A stretch of DNA of 53,284 bases, taken from the NCBI RefSeq assembly GCF_026571515.1, contig NW_026860139.1:124001-177284 (forward strand), in the 5' to 3' direction. Origin of the DNA: Ruditapes philippinarum. Taxonomy: Eukaryota. Shown in pieces: positions 1 to 15,000 of this stretch. Below the pieces are notes generated by a model. The model did not search any database. It had not been told where the DNA came from and worked only from the letters and a program-made list of their open reading frames with translations. The translations under genes were made by a program, and so were the position numbers. Position 1 is the first letter of the stretch. Each line of letters starts with the position of its first letter.

Positions 1-3000
1 TGGCCGTGGATACAAACCTGGATCAAAATTTAAATATAGCATACAATTATAATTCTCTGTATCTTCAATGGGTTTTATAGCCTGTTGCTTTTTAATTCAT
101 ACAACACTGGGCAGTAAAGTATACTTATATCACAGATCATCGCCTTAGTGCTGCAATGGGCTCCATAAACAGAATCAAATGTTCTGGAACAAAATATTAA
201 TCTGCTTTATATCCATTTATCATGGATTTGATTATGTGTGCAATTTACTACCATGTTTATTTCATGCAAGCATTTTGAGAGTATTCTTTTTTAAAATTCA
301 AACAATAATTTTAGCAGCAGATATAGCTTCATACACTTTAAAACTTAATCAAAACCAAAAACAAATGTCTTTCCATACCTTTGCCTTCATCAAAGCATAT
401 TGACAGTTCCTCCACTTTGATTGCACATGGAATGAGGGCTGTACTAGGTGTAACACCAGGTTGTAGGTTACAGATATCTAAACATTGATCATTAATACCA
501 GCATTTTTACAACATGGTCTGTGATCACGTCCATCTGATTGTTCAAGACAAACAAAATAATAACTGATTAAAATTTAATAAATTCATTAAGCATGATTTA
601 TATAATAACATTAGTATCAGTGAGTGCTAGGTACAAGAATACAATGTGGAGTGTCATTGGGAAAATGACCCACAAAAAAGGAAGTTAATAGAAAATACAA
701 ATATTGTTGATGCAAATCTTAAACATCTCTAGAGAGCTAATTATAATACTGCATGTTTGTAACGTCAATTTTCATTGGATAATCATGATGTTTATGTAGT
801 TTTATATACACAGCTACTGTCAATTTTCTGAGAAATCTCACTTTTTTTCTCAAAAAAAAGAAAGAAGTTTGCTGTATCATAAATTCTTTATAAATATTCC
901 TGACAGGTTTTATGACTGTATTTAAACAGTTGTTTGCAATACAACCCTTGCCCAGCAGCTTGGGTTATATTTCCAAAAAAAAAAAAAACGTTTATATAGG
1001 GCCATATAACCTGTTAAAAATCTTTATAACTAATAATACATGTAAAAGTAAAGATAAAACATTATTTGATAAACAAGCTGTAATAAATGACTAGAAAGAG
1101 ATGGATGTACCTGTACTACACAGTAACATTGCTGTAATATCATCTACACAGCTAAGTGCAAGAGTGAGAGCTTCATCAGTCAATCTGAAATCATGTACGC
1201 ATATCTGTAAGCATCGTGCACTGACACCATTCTTCATACAACACTCTGAAAATAAAACCAAATAACACAGAAATCTTACATCTTATACTACATAACCCGT
1301 TTTTATGAAATTACAAAAATTAAACAAAAAATTTTTAAAATTTTTGGATGCAATTTTTAATTTTTTTATTTATAGCCTTTTTTATTTTTTTTTCATAACA
1401 CGGCAATACCCAGAAATCTTTATATATATACTGTAAAATACTGGAATATAATTTTTTAATTTTTACAATATAAAGAAATTTTAAAAGATAAAACCTGTGG
1501 GTATTCCCAAAAACCCCATCCCAAACCTTATTGTTCCATTTTAAAATTTCAAAAAAATTTTGTTTTAAATCCTTTTCATGACTTTCTAAAAGTGTAAAAT
1601 TTTACCCTTTCAAAAATTACATAACAGTAAAAGTTTTTCAAATTTTAGGGGTTTTTCGAGAAGGGGGTTTAAAAGAGCCCCGTCCGACAAAACAAAAATA
1701 GTGCCCTTTGGCCCAAACCAAGGATGGAATTCCCAAAAGGGGGGGAAAAACCTGCGGGGTTCCATGGGGAAGTTGTAGGGAATTTCCCCAAGGGGGGGGG
1801 CCCGGGGGTTTCTACCAGGTTTTTCCTTCCCTTAAACCCCCCTTTGGTTTTTAGGAATCTGTTTGCCCCAACCTTTTTAATTTTTTGGGTTTTTCCCCCT
1901 TATCAGGGCTGCCGGGAAAGCGCAGGGTGGTCTGGATCCATGCTGGTCGCAAACCCATTATGTTGGTTTTGTCGTGACGCTGCTCAATTATTTCTTTGTC
2001 AATGAAAATATTTCAAGTATGAGAGAGCACCATACATGTAATTAAAAACTTGTATTTAAAATCTGGAAAACTGGATGGATAATTTAAACCCACAGAGGAA
2101 ATTATTGTTTTCCCTTTAAAACTTCAGAAAAAACAAAACAAGAATTTATAGCTATTTAAAAAGTTAAAACATAAAAATTTAATTTTAAATTTAAATTTAA
2201 AAATTTACTTATTTGCTCCAATTTAAAACCCAAAACCCGGCATTAATTTTCTATATTTTGCACAAAAATTAAAAAATTTCATTCAAGAAGTATGTTAAAA
2301 AAGGTTTTAAGACAAAAAAAAATTGTTTTGTTTAACAATAAATTTGTTTGTTTTTTCTATGAATTTTTGAGATAAATTTATAAAAAATCTTTCCCGTTTT
2401 ATTATAAAACAGTTACTGGCCCTTCTGTTTTTGCTTTTAACAACAATAAATAAATGGGATGTATTTTTTTTAAAAAATCTTAAATTATCTTTAAAAGGCA
2501 TTAAAAAAACATTATTCATGTTTCCAAGGGTTAAAATATCTAAATACCAAATCATTTTTTTCGTACATCATTAATGTATTTAAAAATTTTTAAAACTATG
2601 TCATGGGAAAATGATATTAATCTTTTAAAAAATTTTAGCTCAATTTTAAAAATAAAAACCCAAATTTTCCAGTCTGTGGGTTTTTAACATTTTTTAAAAT
2701 ATTTAGGGTCAACCTTTAAATTTTCAAATCATGAAAATGGGTTTAGTTTAAGGGGATCAGATTATGGGGTTCTACATTAACGAACATACCCATAATAAAT
2801 GTGAACAAATACAGATCTTAGAAATTTAATTCATTTCAAACAAATATTGTGTATATTAAATGAACACTAAACTTGCTGGACCTGAAATTGATATGCCTTT
2901 GCTACCAGTATAGGGTCAGGCTGCAACCTTAAAATCCATGCAGTTTGACAAAGCTCTATGTTATAATCTGATCAATATTTAATTTGATATTGAAATGCCT

Positions 3001-6000
3001 TAAACTTTAAATGGACTGCTCCAAATTCAAAGCTGGGTAAATTCGTAAGATCCTAGCACAAATTTAGCAGGTTAAGGATACATGTAAAATGTTGACCCTG
3101 ACTTTATAATTGACCCATTTTATAGGCAATACAACACACAATTTCAATATCCACATATCAGTATTACATAAATATTTCAAAGGGGAGAGGTGGCCTAGTG
3201 CATGTAGTGATTAAGGTGTCTGCCTCTCAACCCAGGGATTATGGTTTCGAGCCCTAAACAAGTCATAACAATGTTTCTTCATATTACACCAGTACTGGTT
3301 GGTTCCAGGAAGCAAATTCAAAAGTAATTAATATAAGTTGCAAGAAATTGTTTCACAGTCGAGCTTAGATAAATCTGTTAAACCGTATTTCAGAGGATGT
3401 ATACAACAGTTTCTATGTCAGAACATATCAACTAACCTTCTGTGATAAGAATAAGGGTAAGTTCAGGAAGACTGGAACCATTCTCATTCTCGGTTGATAC
3501 TACAACATCATATTTGGTTCCAGGCTCTAAATTTGTAATCTTGTATGTAGTTCCAAACTTTATTTCTGCCTGAAATATTATAAATAAAGATATAGTGATA
3601 CATTTTATTTCTTACTAAATGATGATACTCAAAAATAATATATCCGAACATATCTAATCTGCATTAAAACAAGAATTCCAGCCTTATTAATGTCAATACT
3701 GCAATCTATGACCACAAAGAGTAAGAAACAAGATGCCAAGTCTCTCACTTTTAAATGCTAGAAGCATCAAGAATGAAAGTCACTTGTTTCACTTATGGTA
3801 CAAAATGGTGGTGGTGGTGCTTGTAGTTTTCACTCCAAATCACAGCAGTAAGCCACAATGAATTTACCAGAGCACAGTTCAGCCACAGCATTTTTCCTGG
3901 GCAGGCTGTCAAGCAGTTTACCAGTACTATTTGTCTTAACTTTCGCAAGGAACTGATAACTTCTGTACATGCCAAAGCAGAAGAAAAGTGTAAATGACCG
4001 TAAAAAGGATTTCATGATCAATCACAATGAAAGTGACCTACACTGCCTGGGAATCAATCCCAGATAGCCTGATTCACAATCCAAAGCTCTACCTAATGAG
4101 ATAGTCAGACAGTTAGGTACAAAATGTGAGTCCTGACATTTCACCTTCTTAGCTATTGCTATAACACTGCTATCTAGGTTGCAGTTAAATAAAAATGAGT
4201 AATTCCAAATTTTATTTTACTTTTAAAAGACTATCCCGAGAATGCTAAAAAAACAGCTGTCACTGTTATTTAGACCAACAGCCTTTAAAATTACGAGTTT
4301 CAACATTAAGACAGGAGACAGACCTGGTATTGATGTAAATACATGACTCTAACTATATTACATGAAAGAAAATGCCTGTCTAGAGATTAAACTATAACTT
4401 CAACAAAAAAACTACTAACGAAACAAAACTTACACTTTTCCATTCATTAAAAATATCCTTGTCTTTTTTCCATGAGACTAAATATTCATCTCCAGATTTA
4501 AAGTTTCCTGGAGCTTCCCAGGCAACAACAGCAGACGTGTCAGTTACAGTTTCAGCAAGTATGCGGGTATTCTGTGGCGGGTCTGGCATCATAACTGAAA
4601 TATAAAAATATAAATCACAAGACCTGCTATACTGTAACGTGCTAGAACTGAAAGTGATAATTCTACAGTATGACCAAGCTATATGCCCTTTTGCAGATCA
4701 AATTTTGTATTTTATAAATAAAAATCCCTAAATATTCAAATGGATTGTTCCAAATTCAAAACAGGGGGCAAGTTCATTACACAAATTCAGGAGGTGAATG
4801 ATCAACAAGCTAAAGTTAAACAGCATCCTCATGAGAAAATACAAGGTATAGATCTTTACTTTTAAAATAGCAATTATAACATCCCCGGTCTGCCTTTTTG
4901 AGGGTAACTCCCAATATGATATTATATGCCTAAAATGAGATAAAATTCTCACTAATTCTTCCATCTTCATGACAAGAGGGCCATGATGGCTCTGAGGTCG
5001 CTCACCTGTATATAGGCCCCCGGAGCGGGGCCAGTTTAAACCCCAGGGCTTTTATTTGAGCAAACTTGGAAGACACCCATTACAAGATGTTTCATGATGT
5101 TAAGTTTTTACTACACACATATAATGAAAAACAATGACCTCCCCCCCCCCCTTTGGCACGGCCAATTTAAACCCAAGGGCTTTTATTTGGACAAACTTGG
5201 TAGACACCAACAAAAAGATGTTTCCTGCTTAAAATCTAACCTCTAGCTCATTGGGTTTTTTAAAAGAAGATTTTTTAAGTTTTTACTATACACATATAGT
5301 TAAAAACAATGACATCTCTGGGGCGGGGCCAGTTTTAACTCCAGGGCTTTTATTTGAACAAACTTTGTAGACACTTACTAGAAGATGTTTCATGCTTAAT
5401 ATCTAAACTCTAGCTATATGGGTTTTTCAAAGAAGATTTTTTAAGTTTTTTGCTATACACATGTAAGGAAAATCAATGACCCCCGGGGCGGGGCCAATTT
5501 TGACCCCAGGGCTTTTATTTGAACAAAGTTGGTAGACACCCATTAGAACATGTTTCATGCTAAATATCTTAGCTCTAGCTCTTTGGGTTCTTTAAAAGAA
5601 GATTTTTTAAGTTTCTACTATATGCATATAGGGAAAATCAATGACCCCCTGGGACGGGGCCAATTTTAACCCCAGGGCTTTTATTTGAACAAACTTAGTA
5701 GACACTCACTAGAAGATGTTTCATGCCAAATATCTAAGCTCTAGCTATTTGGGATTTTTTAAAGAAGATATTTAAAGTTTTTTCTTTTGGTTGCCATGGC
5801 AACCAGAGTTCTGCATGGAATTAAATTCTTTGAACAATTTTTAAAGGTGACCACCAACGGAACATTCCTGTGAAGTTTGGATGAAATTGGCTTAGTGGTT
5901 TATGAGGAGATGTCATTTAAAGTAAAAGTTTAGGGATGGACGACGGACAGACGCCGGACGGACGCCGGATGAAAAGCGATCACAAAAGCTAAAAACTGAT

Positions 6001-9000
6001 AAAATCTTTTAGTGCTATGATAATATTTTCCTTCATAGTATAACTATATATTTAATGATTCACCTAAATCTGCTGTTTATTTAGATTTTTTTTCATATTT
6101 TGTCAATTATATAGAATACTGACCCCAAAAATCACTGCCACTTTTGGTAAGGGAGGTAAATATTGAAACTATCTAATAAACTATTCAATGGAACTTGAAC
6201 TTTGAACAAATTAGGACAATAATGACTTGCCTTAAGTTACTGACAGCCTACAAGTCATGTCCTAAATACTAATTAAGGATGGTAAAGTTTTAGCAACAAT
6301 ATTTCAATCTTTCATACAGCCTGTTTTAAAAGCATTTTTAATTTGGTTTCTGAAAAAAATGAATGAATACTGAAAAAATTTCTTATACCAGAGCCTTCAA
6401 TCAAACATGCTGATATTCTGTTCATGTAGCTCAGACACCCTGTAATACTCCAGTCTAGGATTGGTTCCCCTTTGCATAAACTTAAACATTCACTTGGTAC
6501 CCCTGATACCATACAGCATGGGGAGTGGTCGCCATGCCCTGAAATTAACAGTAGACCTCTACATGACACTGTCCAATTATATCAACTTTGTATGATTATA
6601 ACCATTTCTGACAAAATTGTAATTTGACATAGAATTAAATGAAACAAGCCTAAAATCATTTTATAAAGTGAGTTTGCGGTGGTTTATACTGAATGCCTGT
6701 ATTAAAAAAATATACATGTATACTGGTTATATTACATTAAAAACGAGTAATGGCATGTGATAACTTTTATGAAACAAATAAATGACAAGCTTAGATAAAA
6801 CTGTATTCACTGCTAAACTATTGTTTCTGCTATAATTACTGCCAGATTACTGTTTCTTCGATTATAACTGCTAGACTATTGTTTATGTTATCATTTATCT
6901 GCTACAATACTGTTCCTACAATAATAACTGCTAGACTACTGTTTCTGCTCTATTTACTACTTGACTTCTGTTTCTGCTATTATAAATCACTGCTAGACAA
7001 CTGTTCCTTCTATTACAACTGCTACACTACTGTTCCTCCTAAAATAACTGCTAGACTACTGTTTCTTCTATTATAACTGCTAGACTACTGTTTATGTCAT
7101 AATTTATCGGCTACACTACTGTTCCTCCAATTATAACTGATAAACTACTGTTTCTGCTCTAATTACTACTTGACTTCTGTTTCTGCTAAAATTACTGCTA
7201 GGTAACTGTCCCTTCTATTACAACTGCTAGATATTGTTTCTTCTTTTATAACTGCTAGACTATTGTTTATGTTACAATTTATATGCTACAATACTGTTTC
7301 TCCAATAATAACTGCTATACTACTGTTTCTGCTATAAAACCTGCTAAACTACTGTTTCTGCTATAATTACTGCTAGACTACTGTCTCTGCTATAATTACT
7401 GCTAGACTACTGTTCCTTCTATTACAACTGCTAGACTACTGTTCCTTCTATTACAACTGCTTGACTACTGTTTCTTCTATTACAACTGCTAGACTACTGT
7501 TTATGTTATAATTTATCTGCTATACTACTGTTCCTCCAATAATAAAGACTAAACTACTGTTTCTGCTATAATAACTTCCAGACTACTGTTCCTCTTATAA
7601 GTTAAAAGGGAATACTAGCCAGTCAAATTACTTTGTATATTTTATTATTATAAATAAATGCTGTTTATAAAGTAACATATGAAGTATATCCTACCTGCAA
7701 TACATTGATAAATGATATCAAGTTCTGATAAACATTTTAGCATGTCAGGATGTCCACCAGTGTAGTACAAACTGGCCGCACAGTAACCTTGGCAATCACT
7801 GGTAACATTGTATTTTTTACAGCAATCTGGAAAATTACATGTAAATATGCAGATAATATGATCCTTATCATTAACAAAATATGAAACTATCTGAAACTTT
7901 GATCAGCAAATATTCAGAATAACTGATGAAACTTTACCATTCATGTTCAGGTATAAAAGCATTACTAACTCAGGTATAAATGTTTGCTTTACATACATTT
8001 TTCAAATAAGTCAACATCACCTGGCAGAATTTCTAACAAAAGTAAGAGTAAAAATGCTAAATGAATAAAATCAGTAACTTTTACCTCTCTGCAATGTAGG
8101 TGTATCCAAAAACTCTCGAAAATAAATAAAAGAAAAATGTGTTCTAATACAATAATCCATACATATAAGTACATTATAAAAAATGTATATGCTTCAATGG
8201 GATTAAAAGTTATGATTCATTATATTAATTCTGAAAAATCACTTGCCACTCACAGCTGTGGGTTCAAACTCCATGAGGGATTATATATATTTTTTTTTTC
8301 AAGTGAGGAAGCTATCCAGCAAGCTTTGGAATGCAGTGGTTCAACTCTGGTGCCCACTTGTGTCTGAAATAATGCACTGAGGGGCACCTGAAGTCTTCTT
8401 TCACCAATAAAACTTGAAAGTTACAATATGACCATTACAGTGTTGGTGTGACTTAAAACTCAACAAAATAAACAAACTGACTGAAAAATAAAACATACCT
8501 TGTATTGTCTGTGTGTAGTTTGATAGTGGTACTACCTCTGAAATGTGAATAAAGATCATTAAAGTAACAGGTGGATCTTGAAGACTAACTTAAAGATGGC
8601 AACACATGAATTATTGAATATAATTAACAGACCAAAGTAAAGTAAAGCATGCCTTGATATACCAATATAATAATGATTTTATTCCATAACTACCATCTAT
8701 AAACATGCTACATCAAATTTAGTCTGCAACATTTTCAATTTTGCCATTTTTGGGCATTCTTTAAGAATTTAATTTTCTCTATTCCAGACTTCAACTGAAT
8801 TTTTACAACAGAACAATACATTTGTGGATGGTAAAGAAGAAACACTTACTACAATACAATAGTGTGGTAAATAAGTGTCAGACTCATTTGCATATCATAA
8901 TTTTATGAATTTCTGCATAATGTATAATTTTCGTGGAGTTAAATAGTTTAATAGTGTGACTAATTTCCTTAGGTTAACTATTCACTTTCAAAATTCAAAT

Positions 9001-12000
9001 TAAGAAAGCGGAGAAGCTATTCATGAATAGTTCTGAAATACAAAGATAGACAAGTCCATCACTCATATTCAGCAGTGTAAGTATTAAGCATATAATGCAA
9101 CACTGCTGAATTCTTTAAATAGGTTTGCCATGGTATTTTAAGACCTTTCAGGAAATTGTGTTGTTATTTTTTTCATTCCATGACAGATCTCATTTTCATA
9201 AAATGTGGATATATGTTTTTTGCTATAAACATTGTAATAATGTTTTATTTGCAATAAAGTTGTTTGTTGTTGTTGGTGTTATGAATTTGAAATTGTCCTT
9301 GGTTAGCTATTTGCTGACACAGAAATTGACAAGCCAACTGTAAAGATATTCTCCTGACTACAAAAACAAGCAAGATAAAGTATTTTGAAATTACCAGGGA
9401 ACGTAAAGTCATGATTGTTACAATCATTCACAGAATTGATTAAGAATGTATGACAACAATTCCTATAACCATGCAATATTAAAAATATATGAGTCGCGCC
9501 ATGACAAAACCAACATAGTGCGTTTGCGACCAGCATGGATCCAGACCAGCCTGTGCATCCGCGCACTCAAAAGGATCCATGCTGTTTGCTATCTCTACTT
9601 GAAATAGGGTTTGTAAGCGAACAGCATGGATCCTGATCAGACTGCATGGATGCGCAGGCTGGTCTGGATCCATGCTGGTTGCAAACACACTATGTTGGTT
9701 TTGTTATGGCGCGGCTCATATTAACCTGCAGTAGACTTCAGTATAGGGAGAGATGGTTGACTGGCTCCACTGCTTGCTATAGCAACTACCTGTATCTCAT
9801 ACACTACATTCAGCTCTAGATTCGTCAACTCTTTCACAAGTGAATTAAGACGTAAAAGTGATGTCTAGAGAAGTAAAGACATATATTAATTGACATATAT
9901 TAATCAATTGACATATATTAATTGAAATTAAGATCTTATGTTAAAAGGACCAAGTTCAACCATATAGAATTAGAATGTTTAACATATGCAAATAAAAGTG
10001 AGTAATTCTCAAATCCTTGAAAGAAATGCTACACATTTGTCTTCACAAAAAATTGAAATTATCAGCTCATCATTTTTAAAATGGACTTCCCCTTATTTGA
10101 ATATGGACAAATACATTTTTAAGTTAGGGGACAATCCATTATTAAGTAGTGAAAAACAAAGAGTGAGTTAGCAAATGTAAACAGTCAAATTAATCTACAT
10201 GAATAAGCTAGCTATACTACTTGCAACTATGGTTAATAGTACTTCAAAGAAATAAGTTATTTAAGACTGGCAAAATTGTATCACATTCTGTAACATTTAT
10301 TCAGAAATTTTACATCTTATTTATTAATGCAGATGATATCTTTATATTATATTTTCAGGACAAGTTTAAAAATGCAAGTTAGGTACTCCTTACAGAGTTT
10401 AGAACATCAGATCCCTCTTCCATGTACTGGACTTTGTAACCAACAACAACATCAGGGTTGTCATGAGGCGGTTGCCAGGTAACAAGAAGAGAGTTTCCAG
10501 TATTTATAGCTGACACATCAGTAGGAGGACTAGGTAACAATGCTGAAAATAGAAACAAAACTGTTTATGTCTATGTCCATCAAGTGTGTAAGTTTAAACC
10601 CGTGGTATATGTTCACTCTGACATGTTAGATTGATGACAAAACACGCTGGCTGATTGATAAACACCACCAACTCCTATATAATCTTGAAACAAATGAGGA
10701 TACAGAAATTACAACTGACATACAGAATTGAGAAATATTGTTGAGGTAAAAGTTACTACTTCGCTTTATAAATGAAATAATTTCACTAACTGTAAAATGT
10801 TTTAAAGAAAGCATCGAAATAAAATTTTGTTTCATTGCGAATACAGAATGTACTTCATTTTTAAAATGTCTACATTTACTAGAGCATAGTATTATATGTT
10901 TATATATTAATTTAAATTACTGTATACATTACACAGACACTTATGTAAGGTGTCTGTGTTTTAACAATGCATCATACAAAACTAAGAGCATGTATTTTTC
11001 CAATATTTCTTGGAACAAGAAAACTCACCATTTCCTTCCTTGAAACAAGTTATATAGGACATTATCTGAGCATCACTGATACATGATGTGTAATCTGTGC
11101 CATCATCTTCTCCCCAACCTTTACACAGATTCTGACACAGATCTGACAGTCCATTACGCATACAACATCCTAAATGGTTCCTTCCATCTAAAAATACAAT
11201 TATCACCAGAATATAACATAGTGATAAAGAGTTATGACAGGTTATATGGCCCAGTATAAATGGTTATAAACATATGTAACCAGAGCTACTATGAATATGA
11301 CTTAACAGCTGCTGTGAAGATGAATAATATAAACGTTATGATAGCCAAATGAAAATTATATATACAAACATGCAGCACATGTATTATGGCAGCTTATATA
11401 AATTTGTTTATTCTTCACTTAAGTAATTGTCAGTAGGCTTTGAAATATTATAATTTTCAGCCAATGTTCACAACACAAAATTCCTTAAAGGTGAATACAG
11501 AATATACTTAATTTTAAAAACATAACTTGGAACATGTAGGAAAGCTTCACGTAAACTTATAATGAGCATGTCATGGACATGTTTTAAAGTTAGCCAAAGA
11601 AAGCCAATCAGACATAAAATATAAGTAAAACATTATGCTACACCAATCAATCATGGGATACAATAAGTTTTTAAAAAACAACATTTAACGTTAACCTAAT
11701 CCTGCTGAAACAGAATGTGATTATTAGCCAGACCAGCTTGCACATCAATGTAGCCTGACCAGACTCATTACTGCTGGCTAATACTAACTTCAATTTTTTA
11801 TCTTGATATCCCCAAAATCATTAATGGACAGTTCCTAAAAAGGGAAGCCAGACAAGTCCATTTAAGAAACTCAGCAGGTAAAAAGTTAACTAGGACTTAC
11901 CTTGTCCACATTTGAGAATTTGAAGAATATTTCTTGAGATGCAATCACCATTATCAGCTATTGTAATTTTAATGAGGTCCAAGATTGATGTAGAGGTATC

Positions 12001-15000
12001 GCAGAATGGTAGCGCACATTTCTCTACTCCATTTGTAACACAACAGTCTACAATATATATCATAATATATTCTTGATTCAGGACAATATCACAAAATTAA
12101 CATGAAAGTTTGCTTCTGGTTTAACAATAAATACAAATACAGTTAAACATGTGCTTCAGGCCATACAATATACCCATAAAAAAAGAAATGCAGTAGGAAA
12201 CATTCACAAACATTTCAAAGACAGAAACACATATATTTTATCTGACCAGTATCTGTAAAATAATAATTGTATTAAAGCAACACTGATTGGAACATTATAT
12301 AACTTGTGAGTAAATGTTTGTTATTTTTAGAAGAATCATAAAATTTATGACACGATCTTTACCAAATCAGTTAGTTCAAAATCAAGGAAAAATGGTCTAT
12401 AAAGTGTCAAGACCTTTTGTAAATTGGAACATTCAATTAAAGCTTCTTATACAGGCCAGAATTACCATTCATCAAGGTCTGGTCTCCATTGACAGGTCTG
12501 ACTATATTCACTTTATACTTTTATACTTAGCTTAACACCTTGTTGACTATTTTCTGACATAACAAATGTGCATCGATGTTCATACATCATTTCTTTAGGC
12601 AGATAATTCCTTTAGTTTTGTTAAGATTTTCTATACAAATTTACAGATGCTGTACATGTACAGTAAAAGGAAAATGACATGCATGAGTGTGCTATTCTGA
12701 GGGATAGTATCTTGGTTGCGTAAAGTTGTACATCAACAACATTCAAGCAATATTTTGTTGTTGCTTTTTTGTTGTGTTTTATGTCACACCAACACAGTGT
12801 ATGTCATATGGCGACTTTACAGCTTTACTATTAGAGGAAGGCTTCAGGTGCAACTCTACATTATTTCAGGCACAAACACTTTAAGCAGAAACTCATATAA
12901 TACAACCCATCAGAATGTGATATGTATCTATCAACTGTATAATAATAGGATATTGATCATGTTTGATGATAAAAACCAGAATAAAGCCCAATTTTGCATT
13001 TTCTATTATCATTTCTTTTGTTTTACACAAAAATGAAATTCCTACCTGTGACATTTAAAGCTGGTATAGATGGAACTGGGGGTGCATCTATACAAATAGA
13101 AAATACAAATATATAATAAGCAAGTTTACATTCAATTTCTTACTTTACTAACTCATCATTCTAGATAAAACTAGAACTGCCACTATCATGGCGTGAATAC
13201 CCCCGCATACCACTTTGTCAGAATCAACAGTGGCCATTTAGAGCTCAAGGACAACCTCCCTGCCAAATCTGAGGTTACTAAGCCAGTGCATTGCTAAGTT
13301 ATGTATTCTACATGCTTCAAATGTGAAAATGTCAAAATCAATACATTGCGGACAGGACATTCTTTAACAATTGAGAAGAAAAGCTTTTTTTTGTCAAGGT
13401 CCCTGTGACCTTGACCTTTGACCCAGTGACCTCAAAATCAATTGGGGTCACCTTATAGTCATGATCAATATCCATGCCAAATATGAAGACTGTGGGTCAA
13501 AGAAATCTTAAGTAAATGGGTGGACAAACTTTTTGAAGTCAAAGTCCCTATGACCTTGACCTTTGACCCAGTGACCTCAAAATCAAAAGGGGTCATCTAC
13601 TAATCATGATCAACATCCATGCCAAATATGAAGACTGTGGGTCAAAGGAATCTAAAGTTATTGGGCAGACAAACTTTTTGAAGTCAAAGTCCCTGTGACC
13701 TTGACCTTTGACCTCAAAATCAATAGGGGTCATCTACTAATCATGACTAACCTCCATTCCAAATATGAAGACTGTGGGTCAAAGAAATCTTAAGTTATTG
13801 GGCGGACAAGCTTTTTGAAGTCAAGGCCCCTGTGACCTTGACCTTTGACCTGGTGACCTCAAAATCAAGAGGGGTCATCTACTAATCATGACTAACCTCC
13901 ATTCCAAATATGAAGACTGTGGGTCAAAGGAATCTTAAGTTATTGGGCGGACAAGCTTTTTGGAGTCAAGGCCCCTGTGACCTTGACCTTTGACCTGGTG
14001 ACCTCAAAATCAAAAGGGGTCATCTACTAATCATGACTAACCTCCATGCCAAATATCAAGACTATGGGTCAAAGGAATCTTAAGTTATAGGGGCGGACAA
14101 GCTTTTTGAAGTCAAGGCCCCTGTGACCTTGACCTTTGACCTGGTGACCTCAAAATCAATAGGGGTCATCAACTTATCATGACTAACCTCCATTCCAAAT
14201 ATGAAGACTGTGGGTCAAAGGAATCTTAAGTTATAGGGCGGACAAGCTTTTTGAAGTCAAGGCCCCTGTGACCTTGACCTTTGACCTAGTGACCTCAAAA
14301 TCAATAGGGGTCATCTACTAATCATGTACTAACCTCCATGCCAAATATGACGAATGTAGGTCAAAGGAATCTTAAGTTATTGGGCGGACAAGCTTTTTGA
14401 AGTCAAGGCCCCTGTGACCTTGACCTTTGACCTAGTGACCTCAAAATCAATAGGGGTCATCTACTAATCATGACTAACCTCCATGCCAAATATGAAGACT
14501 AAGGGTAAAAGGAATCTTAAGTTATTGGGCGGACAAGAAAAAACCGACGGACAGCCGGACGGACAAGCTGATTCCAGTATACCCCCCTTACAACTTTGTT
14601 GTGCGGGGGTATAAATATATTTTGTAGAACTGTTTCTTCATCAATAAATATGTACAATGAAACTGTACAAAGTACCATCAGACCAAACCACAAAACCAAA
14701 ATTGTGGTTACAACATGTCATAAATGTTAGGCTTTAAAATGAACTAATTACAATAAATTGAAATTAATACCAGTACATCTGAGATTCTAGATACCTCACT
14801 GGTTTCATATGATACAGTAATTTTAATGCTGGACTTGTAGTTAAATTGTTGTATTGTTACATGAATAGTGTGAGAACATTAAATAAAAAATAAACCACAA
14901 TGTAAAACAAGATAATACAAGTACTACTACAAAGATATTATGACCTTCTCTCATTCACCATATCAAACCTATTGCAATTTTATCTTGTATATTTGTGTTA

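Noticed and set aside
1724-2555. ORFs 1724-2005 and 2307-2555
   Set aside because: They lie in corrupted sequence and a MITE.
3181-3260. Possible tRNA gene
   Set aside because: No intact cloverleaf; it continues into a repeated SINE body.
6800-7600. CRISPR-like ~29-bp periodicity
   Set aside because: Head-to-tail degenerate monomers with no unique spacers, no cas genes, inside a eukaryotic intron.
9303-9688. ORFs containing DAQAGLDPCWSQTHYVGFVM (also the start of ORF 15253-15546)
   Set aside because: Translations of the non-coding palindromic MITE.
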